DNA of 63,853 nt, counting the filler, from Chiloscyllium plagiosum (taxonomy: Eukaryota), in the NCBI RefSeq assembly GCF_004010195.1. It is 5 parts of 2 records of this genome, joined end to end, with 100 filler letters (N's around TTAATTAATTAA, not from the genome) between each part and the next. Parts side by side here need not be neighbours in the genome. Positions count along the whole stretch, not along the records: positions 37,187 to 53,532 come from NC_057710.1; positions 53,633 to 61,122 come from NC_057710.1; positions 61,223 to 63,853 come from NC_057711.1; 2 more parts are not named here. One strand, written 5' to 3'. A program made the position numbers and the translations under genes. The notes beneath the pieces were generated by a model. That model was not told the DNA's origin, searched no databases, and saw nothing but the letters and a program-made list of their open reading frames with translations. Position 1 is the first letter of the stretch; every line of letters starts with the position of its first letter. Below are positions 50,554 through 61,789 of the stretch, one piece after another.

Positions 50554-51614
50554 TGAGGACAAATCACAATATACTACATTTGATTACATTAGGTATGATT
50601 TTCCCATTCCCAGAGTTGGTGAGGAAGTTGCCAAGAAGGACAAAAAATTGGGCAAATTGGCCCTGGATACATGCCCCATTTTTACAATGTTCACAATTTA
50701 GTTCAGATGGGAAGAAAAATGGGCAACTTTCTTGGTTTGCCACCAATTAAGTCCCTTATTTGGTCAATTATCAGTCAGTTAAGGGCATCAACTCACCACC
50801 AGCCCTATTATCCGCCTTCCCAACAGGCAATGGCAGGAAAAACAGGGCAGTCTATCTTCTAATTTGGGGATGAGGACTCCATTTGTCCCAATCTGGGGGA
50901 AATTGGCAACAGAAGTGGGGTAAAAACAAGTTTCCCACTGAAAACCAATCCCTGCACTTGCTTTCAATTTACTGGATCCCTCTCCCTGTGACCCCCATAC
51001 GACCACACTTTCCATTCCAGCCCTCATTGTATCACAACCTGAGTCTCCAGTGATGATCTCTAGGACTCAAAAGCTGCCAGGAGATCAATGTCGGGCGGTA
51101 CTTCATTTGTGAGACATCTAACTGGACAAGAAGCTCACTGGACATTTTAAGTTCCTATTTGTTACTTGATCTGCCAAGCTTTCTGACTGGTTGTGATGGG
51201 GATTTAATCACCTCCAAAGTCACTCATCTCCATTTAGTGCAAAGAGCACTACATGTTGGTCATTGTATCTGTTATCAAATAGCATAGGAATACAAGAATT
51301 GACAGGAATATAGAAAAAAATATGAAGTAGTCCAACAACCCCCTTAATTTTTAAATAGCTTATGAGTTTTTACTGTTTAGGGCTCCAATATGAACAGTGT
51401 TTAGGTGAACAGCAAGAGGAAACATGGCCTAGTGAAGGCAACTGTAGCTGGCTGCAAGTCAAATGCCAATTGACTGTATAAAGATTAGCTTTGCAAAGGA
51501 ATAGAACGTGGAAAAAAAAAGAATCCCATCAGAATCAGTGCTCAGACTTCTGTTATTTACAACTTGTATTAATGATTTAGAGTTAACGGTTTAAATTAGA
51601 AAGTTTTTTTTAAA

Positions 51615-53532
51615 AAAAAAGCACGGAGCGGACCCGGAAGCTGGTGTAGCGCAAGCTTACCTGGGTAGGTTTTTTTTCCCTATAAAAGCAATAGTTATTG
51701 GGGACTCAATAGTTCGGGGCACAGATAGGCGGTTTTGTGGGGGCGAGAGAGACTCACGTTTGGTATGTTGCCTCCCAGGTGCAAGGGAGGCAACATACGT
51801 GACGTCTCTGATCGTGTTTTCCGGGTCCTTAAGGGGGAGGGGGAGCAGCCCGAAGTCGTGGGCCACATTGGCACCAATGACATAGGTAGGAGGAGCGCTG
51901 AGGATGTTAGGCAGGCTTTCAGGGAGCTAGGTTGGAAGCTCAAAGTTAGAACGAACAGAGTTGTTGTCTCTGGTTTGTTACCCGGTGCCACGTGATAGAG
52001 AGTCGAGGAATAGGGAGAGAGAACAGTTAAATGCGTGGCTACAGGGATGGTGCAGGAGGGAGGGATTCCGGTATCTGGATAACTGGGGATCTTTCTGGGG
52101 AAGGTGGGACCTCTATAAACAGGATGGTCTACACCTGAACCTGAGGGGCACCAGAATCCTTGGGGGGAGGTTTGCTAGTGCTCTTGGGGGGGGGGGGAGT
52201 TAAACTAACTCTGCAGGGGCATGGGAACCTAGACTGTAGCTTTAGGGTGCAGGACCTGGAGTGTAGGGAGGTATCAATCTCAAAGGAGGGTGCCTGTAAA
52301 CAGGAAAGTGTAGTGCTCTTGGGGGGGGGGGGTTTAAATTAACTCTGCAGGGGCATGGGAACCTAGTCTGTAGCTTTAGGGTGCAGGACCTGGAGTGTAG
52401 GGAGGTTAGGAACATGGCATCAATCTCAAAGGAGGGTGCCTGTAAACAGGTAAGTGGCTTGAAGTGTGTATACACTTCAATGCAAGAAGTATACGAAATA
52501 AGGTAGGTGAACTTGCAGCATGGGTTGGTACCTGGGATTTCGATGTTTTGACTATTACGGAGACATGGGTAGAACAGGTACAGGATTGGCTGTTGCAGGT
52601 TCCAGGATTTAAATGTTTTAGTAGGGTCAGAGGTGGGGGTAAAAGAGGGGGAGCTGTGGCATTGCTTGTCAAAGATAGTATTACAGCTGTGGAAAGGACG
52701 ATGGATGAAGACTCGCCATCTGAAGTAGTTTGGGTTGAGGTTAGGAATAGGAAAGGTGAGCTCACCCTGTTAGGAGATTTTTACAGGCCTCCTAATAGTC
52801 CTAGAAACGTAGAAGAAAGGATTGCGAGGATGATTCAAGACAAGAGTGAAAGTAATAAGATGGTTGTTATGGGGGCTTTAACTTTCCTGATATTGATTGG
52901 GAAAGCTATAGCTCAAGTTCGTTAGATGGGTCAGTGTTTATCCAATGTGTGCAGGAGGGTTTCCTGACACAATATGTAGATAAGCCAACAAGAGGTGAAG
53001 CCATACTGGATTTGGTTCTGGGTAATGAACCAGGCCAGGTGTTAGAATTAGAGGTAGGTGAGCACTTTGGGGACAGTGACCACAATTCGGTGACTTTTAC
53101 TCGAGTGATGGAGAGGGATAAGTGTGCACTACAGGGCAAGAGTTAGAGATGGGGGTAGGGAAATTATGATGCTGTGAGGCATGACTTAGGATGTGTGGCC
53201 TGGAAAAGTAAGCTTCAAGGCAAGGGCGAAATTGATATGTGGGGCTTGTTCAAGGAGCAACTATTGAGTGTCCTTGATAAGTATGTACCCGTCAGGCAGG
53301 GAGGAAAGGGTCATGTGAGGGAGCTGTGGTTTAATAAGGAATTGGAATCCCTTGTTAAAGGGAAGAGGGCGGCCTATGTAAAGATGAGGCAAGAAGGTTC
53401 AATTGGGGCGATTGAGAGTTATAAGGTAGCCAGGAAGGACCTGAAGAGAGAGCTAAGAGCAGCAAGGAGGGGACATGAAAGGGCCTTAGTTGGTAGGATT
53501 AGGGAAAACACTAAGGCTTTCTATAGGTATGT
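51615..53532 (+). mobile_element. CR1 LINE 5' part: ORF1 SGNH-esterase domain plus APE endonuclease
   Basis: IGDSIV, GHIGTND, DGLHLN (SGNH); ORF 52464..52925 (FNARSIRNK, ITETW, YRPP); ~135-bp tandem duplication at 52176-52458. Confidence 0.92.
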
Positions 53533-53632
53533 NNNNNNNNNNNNNNNNNNNNNNNNNNNNNNNNNNNNNNNNNNNNTTAATTAATTAANNNNNNNNNNNN
53601 NNNNNNNNNNNNNNNNNNNNNNNNNNNNNNNN

Positions 53633-53812
53633 CTATTGTACTCTATGCTACTTTCTCCCCACCCCCACCCTCCTCGAGCTTATCTCTCCACCCTTCAGGC
53701 TCTCTCCCTTTATTCCTGATGAAGGGCTTTTGCCGGAAACGCGATTTTACTGCTAAACCTCGGATGCTGCCTGAACTGCTGTGCTCTTCCAGCAGCACTA
53801 ATCCAGAATCTG
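53633..53812 (+). mobile_element. Penelope terminus with hammerhead core
   Basis: attc-CTGATGA-agggcttttgccg-GAAA-cgcgatt at 53712-53746. Confidence 0.75.
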
Positions 53813-54290
53813 GATATAATCTATGCTTTGCCTTACGTTGTTTTCCCTTGGCCTCTCAGCCAGAGCTCAAAGGCTTGTCTTGCTGCTTAGCACAGACAGA
53901 AAGCCTGACATGCCTGTTAATGTCATTAGTCATGAGGATGGACATGATACCGTTTAGCACAGTACTATTTTAACATCACATCTACAGCATATGCCAACTG
54001 CCTATGTGGCAAACACACTGCATGTGCTTCAACCAAGTGGGCATGACTCAAACCCTGAAAGTAGTAATCCTCTGTCAAATCAAGAAGGGGTGCTGATAGT
54101 TATGAGTTCCAGTGCAGTCAGACAAGAGGAGGGGCTTGGGGCTTGGCCATGAGAAATTTCCTTCCCCGGAGCAGTCAGGGGTTCCATATGACTACAGTCC
54201 AGTGAGTGAGCCACAGTCTGTCCTGGTCATAAGTAAAGTGACCATTGGGGTGGGGGAACCAGGTACTAATCTTGTTATAATGGTGGTTGT

Positions 54291-54481
54291 TGTAGTAAAA
54301 TTAATAAAACTCAAATTTCAGAGCCAATCAATCAAATTTAGAAGCAAGTCAATCAAATTTATTAAATCAAAAGCTTTTGCGAGGGGCAGCATGATTCTGA
54401 CTCTAACAGCTGATTCTGGGAACGGCATACCAAGTCGTTGAGTTCTGCAAGTATTTCTTCTTTAAAAAGTTTCTGTTTTCA
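54291..54481 (-). repeat. Candidate 3' LTR (short, possibly internally deleted)
   Basis: PPT-like caaggggggac (54482-54492) is followed directly by TGAAAACAG; AATAAA at ~54358-54363; candidate end ...ttttactaCA at 54291. No second LTR is available to confirm the end. Confidence 0.55.
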
Positions 54482-56022
54482 GTCCCCCCTTGTGGTCCGA
54501 GACATGCAGGAGCACGATGAATGGACCACCTGCATCCAGAAATCATCAGAAAGTGGGTAACTCCCAGGCAATTCAACGTGGAGGCTAGCACCCAGCATAA
54601 TTCTCACTGTCAAAACTTTATAACATGAGTTAAGGACAGCCATAACAACGCAACAAGCAATAACAATAACAATGAACATGATGAAGGCATGTAAAAGGTA
54701 CGATTCTTGTAGCCATTCTAGCCACTCTGGGGGATTATAATCATGGAACCGTTTCCCTTCCCGCCAGATCTTACCAGCCTCCAGGTGGATGTGATCTGCT
54801 AGGTGAGTTATATTATCCGAGGCATCCAGAATGTATGTGCCGCACTCAGAGCCAACAACAGCACAGATGCCATCTTGTACCACTAGCAAATAGTCAAGGG
54901 CCAAATGGTTCTGTAATGCAACAGTACGGGTGGCAATAACCTCAGCCGACACCTCGAAGATGGCCATGCTAACAGCTGCAAAGCCATCAGAAGTTTCATT
55001 AGCCCGCCTTTCCAAAGTTAAGGTCAGTTCCCTAGCAGCCTTAGCAGTCCCAAAGGTGGGGAAGGCAATCGTAAATAATCGCTCAGTTTCAGTGACAGAC
55101 CATTTGGATCAAAGTAGGTGTAGGTTGGGATGAAGGCAGAGAAAACTGTGAAGCCGAACAAAAGGGACCACATAGGCAAGGTAGCAAGATCTGGACCAAT
55201 TTGGAGGGAGCCTTAAGACCACAGACAAAATAAGTACCATTGTAAGTCCTCAGGCAATCAGTCTGAATTGCGGTCCAAATGGTTTTGAACATTTTACCTG
55301 TGGTCATGTTGACAACCTCAAGGCCCAGAATGCTTCCAGAAAGAGATGATCGGTGGCCAGATGGTGTAAGGAGCAGGGAATGGGAACATTTGCTGGTTCC
55401 GGAATTCCACCCTGACATATGATTACATTTAAAACAAATAGTCCCTGTGGGCAATCCTTCGCGTGTGGTGTTTGTGTGTGACAGAGCAAAGGGTGTATGT
55501 GAAAGGTTGTAATGAGGCTGGAACCAACTTTCATAATTTTGCATGTTGTAACCCGTGGTCTCCCAGGTGACCTTATCATTGGCAGCATAGATGGGCTGGT
55601 CAGAGTCTCGCATGAATGACTTGTGAGAATCTCTGTCAGACCTACCACCAGTCACCACCACCACAAACCTCCCCTCCCCCTCCACCCCGAAACAACCCCC
55701 CTCAACCCCCTGCAATCTGCCTCCCCCCAATGGATAATTGTGAGAATCATTCCTGATCCAACCATCATTCCGCCATTTCTGATTTATTAAACACAATAGA
55801 TCTCAGGACAATACCCCCACTAGAGTGTGTGGTGATTCGAATACAGACCCAGCATTGAGAGAGGGTATTTTGCTGCGCATGCATATAGGACATGTATAGG
55901 TAAGTATTAACATGTAACCTGCGCCTACTCTGACGAACAGTCCCTAGGTCGGTGCAATTCCTTCAGTGCTCCCCACCAGTGGCTACGGGGCGAAGGGTGA
56001 AGGCAAAAATAAACAGAAACAT
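54479..56022 (-). pseudogene. env: Retroviral env (gamma-type SU/TM), disrupted
   Basis: Hydrophobic leader MFLFIFAFTL (56022); CWVC (55843-55854); NGTYFVCG and LPPNWSRSCYLAYVVP; decayed furin site *SKW|SVTETER (55100-55111); ISD LQNHLALDYLL (54884-54916); CX6CG (54839-54865); membrane anchor AFIMFIVIVIACCVVMAVL. Confidence 0.93.
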
Positions 56023-56156
56023 CCCAATGCTTACTGAATGGAATTATACAATGGTCCAGAGGCCATACCGCCTGTGCACAACAGCCTGTGCTTTTGCTCC
56101 GTTCGTAACAACCACACACACACAAATGATGTCAGCAGGCCTCGATAGAAGTCAGT

Positions 56157-56180
56157 CTGAAAAAAAAAGCAGAGGGTGAG
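56157..56180 (-). promoter_or_regulatory. Candidate env splice acceptor
   Basis: ctcaccctctgctttttttttcag|ac, a pyrimidine tract plus CAG just after the pol stop and upstream of env. Confidence 0.55.
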
Positions 56181-56668
56181 GATCATCAACAGGTGTCTGT
56201 ACATTTCTTCAGTTGTCACCAGTGTTTCCAGACCTCCTTCCCTTGCATGTTAATACAGGCGCACGTGTCACCACTAACGATAACCTCATAGGGACCATCC
56301 CACTTAGGGACAAAGCCAGGTTTAGCAGGTAGAGTCTTAACCATAACCTTATTACCTGCCGATGGGTTCTCCAGATAATCCTCTAATTGCCTCTGTTCAT
56401 CCCACCCCTCCTGTTTGTCCCTAACTATTTTCCACATCTCCTTCAACTGGGCTCTCAGTTTGAGCACATAGCGACATATTCTATCGCGGACATGGCGAAC
56501 ATCAGAACCACCTCCCCCCCAAGATGATGGACTCGGGCAGTTGCATTTCCCTTCCTATCATCAACTCATAAGGAGTCAAACCGGCTTGTGGTGGACCCTG
56601 AGTTGCATGAGTAAGGACCTCAGTCCAGCATTTGTCAGAGTCCTGCATGGCCTTAGCAAGGGAGGTTT

Positions 56669-56981
56669 TAGATTAGATTCCCCACACTGTGGAAACAGGC
56701 CCTTCAGCCCAACAAGTCCACACCGACCCTCTGAAGAGCAAGCCACTCAAATCCATTTCTGTCTGACTAATGCACCTAACACTATGGGCAATTTAGCATG
56801 GCCAATTCACCTGACCGGCACATCTTTAGATTGTGGGAGGAAACCAGAGCACCCAGAGGAAACCCACACAGACACAAGGAGAATGTGCAAACTCCTCACA
56901 GAGAGTCGCCTGAGGCTGGAATCGAACGTGGATTCCTGTTGCTATGAGGTAGCAGTGCTAACCACTGAGCCACTGTGCCAC
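56669..56981 (-). mobile_element. HE1 / V-SINE (older) inserted in the ERV integrase
   Basis: Reverse complement of HE1 with a tagattagatt tail; the integrase frame resumes as KTSLAKAMQD beyond it. Confidence 0.9.
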
Positions 56982-56989
56982 TCTGAGTT

Positions 56990-57319
56990 TTAGATTACAT
57001 TACAGTGTGGAAACAGGCCCTTCGGCCCAACAAGTCCACACCGCCCCGCCGAAGCGAAACCCACCCATACCCCTACATTTACCCCTTACCTAACACTACG
57101 GGCAATTTAGTATGGCCAATTCACCTGACCCTGCACATCTTTTGGACTGTGGGAGGAAACCGGAGCACCCGGAGGAAACCCACGCAGACACGGGGAGAAC
57201 GTGCAAACTCCACACAGTCAGTCGCCTGAGGCGGGAATTGAACCCGGGTCTCAGGCGCTGTGAGGCTGCAGTGCTAACCACTGTGCCACCGTGCCGCCCA
57301 CTGTGCCACCGTGCCGCCC
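56990..57319 (-). mobile_element. HE1 / V-SINE (younger) with a 20-bp 5' duplication
   Basis: CpG-rich; ...actgtgccaccgtgccgccc appears twice at the head. Confidence 0.93.
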
Positions 57320-60185
57320 AAAAGGCAATATTTTTTCCCATGGGATTGAGGAAGAGGTCCCATAAAATCTATCTATTCATGTTTTGAGTTCTGTTCATTC
57401 ATTCCACCATGCCAGAACTTTGTGGATGGTAGGGTATGTGAAATTTATGTTTAATGCCCATCAGCTTACATATGGTTTTTCCAACTCTTCCAGTAAATTG
57501 GGTTCCCTGGTCAGAGTCAATCTGGGACGGCACCCCACATCTGGGAATCACCTCCTCAGCTAAAGTCCTTGCAACAATGTAAACTGAGCAGTTCCAGGGA
57601 GGATAATGCTCGACCCACCTGGTGAATTGTCAATAATCAAAAGGCAATATTTTTTCCCATGGGATTGAGGAAGAGGTCCCATAAAATCTATCTATTCATG
57701 TTTTGAGAGCCCCTTTGGGTGTGGTTGGTCCCCCATTCTAATTTTACTGGGCCTGCCTGGATTGTGCTGGGCACATGTCACACAGCGTGACAGACTCATG
57801 CTATGTCTCTGCCCCTGTCCTTCCACCACCATTCCTTCCCAGTGCTGGTGGTCATAGCATCACGCCCCACGTGGGAAACACTATGGTGTAATTGCATAAG
57901 AGTACGTTGGATGCACAGGGGGCCAGGACCTTGTCATTCAATCTCCAGACACCTTTCTCATCTGGCGTGGCTCCCTGCTCCTTCCACCTGGTGCACTCAT
58001 CCTCAGGGGTATCAGCGTGCAGATGGGTAATGCTTATGGTGGGGCCATCCTCAGCAAAGGTGGCAGACAAAGGATGGATGTTTTCTGTCTCTAGGGCTGA
58101 TTGAGCAGCTTTGTCATCAGCCTGGTTCCCCTTAAAAATGTTTATCTGGTTCCCTCTGGTGGGCCTTGACCTTCAACACTGCAGCCACCAATGGGAGCTC
58201 ACTGGCCTCCAGTAAGGTCTTTATTATCTGCCCATGCTTGACAGGAGTACCCCCTGTGGTGACAAATCCCCGTCTTCCCCAAAAGGTCATGTAATCGTGG
58301 ACAATCTCAAACGCATATCTACTATCAGGGTAAATGTTAAACCTCTTCCCTGTCATCTTCGTGAAGGCCTGGGTGAGGCCCACTAATTACTTCACCTGGG
58401 ATGACAGGCCTCCCTCTATTCTCCCCTCTTGGACAAATCGTAGTTCCGCGTTCACTCCTGCCCATCCCGTTTGTGGCAAACTGTTTACATATTGCTGTGA
58501 GCCATCCACAAACAGGGTCTCATCTGGTGCCTCCATGGGTACATCCTTTATCCCACGTTCCTCGACTTCATCATCCGCATTCCCACACACGTGGTTCACC
58601 ATCGCATAACATCTCTTCTGCTGGGTTTTCTCAGGCATCTCGTACAATGGTAATGGATTTGGTGGGTGGCAAAAGAACAGCCTCCTATTTTTCCCTTCTC
58701 ATGTTAGAAACTGTACATAATTTCCCGTATTTAACATTTCTACAAGGAAGTGTTTGGTATGCAAGCCTATATTCCCTGTCATCACAATTGGTTCACTGAC
58801 CCTCACAGCCCACACTGCACAGTCTAAAGCAGCTATACATCTGGGCAAGCCATTCACTACAGGACCCTCAGCAGTAGAGTAGTACCCTATAGGTCACCGT
58901 TTATCACCATGGAGTTAGGTTACGCCTGTTGTAGTAAATGAGGAAGTCTTTACTAGCATCTGGTAATCACAGTACTGGTGCTGACATTAACTCTGCTTTC
59001 AATTTTGTATAAGAGTTGTCTTGCTCCAGTCCCCAGTCAACAAGGTCCGTTACACGTTTACCCCCTTTTACCAATCGTTGTATGGGCTCAACAACTTTGG
59101 CAAACTCAGGGATAAAATTCCTGCTGTAAATAAACAAGCTCAAGACCTTTCTCACACCATGGACTGTCACAGACCATGGCATCTGTTATATAGCTATCTT
59201 CCTGTCTGCAGGCATTTCTTTTGTGCTTTGGGAAATTAAATGTTCCAAGTAAAGAACTCTAGTTTTCCCAATTTGAGCTTTCTTTGGGCTGGCTTTTAAC
59301 CCTCTGTCCTGCAAGTGCTTCAGGACTAAGTATATCGCCTCCAGAAGACTTGGTTTGGATTCAGAAACCAGGAGGATGTCATCAACATACTGGAATGTTG
59401 TACTGCCATGGGGGGCAGGTTGATCTCCCTGAGTACCTCACTCATTACACAGTGAAAGATGGCTGGACTATTATGGAATCCCTGGGGTAGTCGGGTCCAA
59501 ATGTACCGTTTATTCCCGAAGGTAAATGCAAACTTATCTTGGGAGTCACAGTGGAGGGGAATAGACAAACATCCATTTTCAATATCCAGTACAGTAATGA
59601 TTTTGTGGGTCAGGGAGTGCCCATTTAAGATTGTGGATGGACTGGTGACTATAGGGTGTAATTTAGGAGTCGCCCTGTTTAGGGCCGTATAATTGATTAT
59701 GAGATAGTGACTTCCATCAGGTTTACTGACCGGCCATGTCAGGGAATTAGTAGTGCTCATAGTCTCTCGGATAAGTCCCCTCTCCACTAATCCTTTCACA
59801 ATTTCCACAACACCCTTTTGGCTTCCGTTTTTATGAGCTATTGGATCCTCCACAACTACGGTGTCTATTTTAACCAAGCCTGTATCTAATTTAGTCTCCG
59901 CCCATACTCCTGGGACAGAAGTGCAAATGGCACCAAAGTCATTATCTTCCAGTTGCCAATCGTGTCCAATAGAGGGGGTGACTTGAACAGTGCTCAAGTG
60001 GCTCACATAAGTCCCCATTTCTTCTTTTCTCCAATCAGGATGGGGCCAGATTAATTCACCCTTCCCACAGTCTATAAGGACTTTATACTCCTTCATTAAA
60101 TCATTTAACATAATAGTTCCTTCATTATTTTTACATTCATAAAATTTCATTGGTATATACAGGTTATTGATTTCTATTAGAGTGT

Positions 60186-61770
60186 TAGTAATAGTAATTG
60201 GGGACTCGATAGTTCGGGGCACAGATAGGCGGTTTTGTGGGAACGAGAGAGACTCACGTTTGGTATGTTGCCTCCCAGGTGCAAGGGTACGTGATGTCTC
60301 TGATCGTGTTTTTCGGGTCCTTAAGGGGGAGGGGGAGCAGCCCGAAGTCGTGGTCCACATTGGCACCAATGACATAGGTAGGAGGAGTGCCGAGGATGTT
60401 AGACAGGCTTTCAGGGAGCTAGGTTGGAAGCTCAGAGTTAGAACGAACAGAGTTGTTGTCTCTGGTTTGTTACCCGTGCCACGTGATAGAGATTCAAGGA
60501 ATAGGGAAAGAGAACACTTAAATGCGTGGCTACAGGGATGGTGCAGGAGGGAGGGATTCCGGTATTTGGATAACTGGGATTCTTTCTGGGGAAGGTGGGA
60601 CCTCTATAAACAGGATGGTCTACACCTGAAACTGAGGGGCACCAGTATCCTTGGGGGGAGGTTTGCTAGTGCTCGTGGGGGGGGTTTAAACTAACTCTGC
60701 AGGGGCATGGCAACCCAGACTGTAGCTTTAGGGTGCACGACCTGGAGTGTAGGGAGGTTAGGAACATGGCATAAATTTCCAAGGAGGGTGTCTGTAAACA
60801 GGAAAGTGGCTTGAAGTGTGTATACTTCAATGCAAGAAGTATACGAAATAAGGTAGGTGAACTTGCAGCGTGGGTTGGTACCTGCGATTTCAATGTTGTG
60901 GCCATTTCAGAGACATAGCTAGAGGAGGGACAGTGATGGTTGTTGCAGATTCCAGAATTTAGATGTTTCTGTAAGAACAGAGATGATGTAAAAGAGGGGG
61001 TGGTTTGGCATTGTTAACCAAAGGTAGTATTACAGAAGCTGAGACAACTTTGAGGACTCATCCACTGAGGTAGTTTGGGCTGAGGTTAGGAACAGGAAAG
61101 GCGAGGTCACCCTGTTAGGAGTNNNNNNNNNNNNNNNNNNNNNNNNNNNNNNNNNNNNNNNNNNNNTTAATTAATTAANNNNNNNNNNNNNNNNNNNNNN
61201 NNNNNNNNNNNNNNNNNNNNNNAGGTTATGTTGCAGTTGTATAAGACTCTTTTGCGGCCGCATCTGGAGTATTGTGTGCAGTTTTGGTCGCCATACTATT
61301 GGAAGGATGTGGAGGCACTGGAACGGGTGCAGAGGAGGTTTACCGGGATGTTGCCTGGTATGGTAGGAAGATTGTGTGAGGAAAGGCTGAGGCACTTGGG
61401 GTTGTTTTCATTGTAGAAAAGAAGGTTTAGGGGTGACTTGATAGAGGTGTACAAGATGATTAGGGGTTTAGATAGGGTCGACAGTGAGAAGCTTTTTCCA
61501 CGTATGGAGTCAGCTATTACGATGGGGCATAGCTTTAAATTAAGGGGTGGTAGGTATAGGACAGATGTTGGGGGTAGGTTCTTTACTCAGCGAGTTGTGA
61601 GTTCATGGAATGCCCTGCCAGTAGCAGTGGTGGACTCTCCCTCTTTATGGGCATTTAAGCGGGCATTGGATAGGCATATGGAGGATAGTGGGCTAGTGTA
61701 GGTTAGGTGGGCTTGGATCGGCGCAACATCAAGGGCCGAAGGGCTTGTACTGCGCTGTATTTTTCTATGT
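60186..61770 (+). mobile_element. CR1 LINE (ORF1 SGNH, EN start, gap, 3' end) abutting the ERV protease
   Basis: ORF 60167..60694 (IGDSIVRG...VVVHIGTND...DGLHL); ORFs at 61228 and 61438 are the CR1 C-terminus; contig join at 61123-61222. Confidence 0.92.
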
Positions 61771-61789
61771 TATCCCCGTTCTCCTGCCT

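Larger units (their letters stand above)
54291..60185 (-). mobile_element. Endogenous retrovirus, degraded and 5'-truncated (pro C-terminus, pol, env, 3' LTR)
   Basis: Colinear protease end, RT, tether, RNase H, integrase, env SU/TM, PPT and TG-starting LTR candidate on the minus strand; see sub-features. Confidence 0.95.
56186..60185 (-). pseudogene. pol: Retroviral pro-pol, with frameshifts, stops and two SINE insertions
   Basis: RT: WPVSKPDG, WTRLPQGFHNSPAIFH, and QYVDDIL at 59378-59389 after a frameshift in a G6 run. Tether: PIGYYS...GLPRCIAAL. RNase H: LFVDGS, NIYPDSRYAF, KVKAH. Integrase: HHSVSH...CVTC, IDFMGPLP, IDSDQG, YHPQSSGMVE, PKWDGPY. Confidence 0.95.

Noticed and set aside
59326..60694. 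Overlapping antisense ORFs (349 aa minus, 175 aa plus) suggesting a fused or bidirectional gene
   Set aside because: The first ~60 residues of the minus ORF are just the antisense of an abutting CR1 ORF1; retroviral sequence starts at about 60185.
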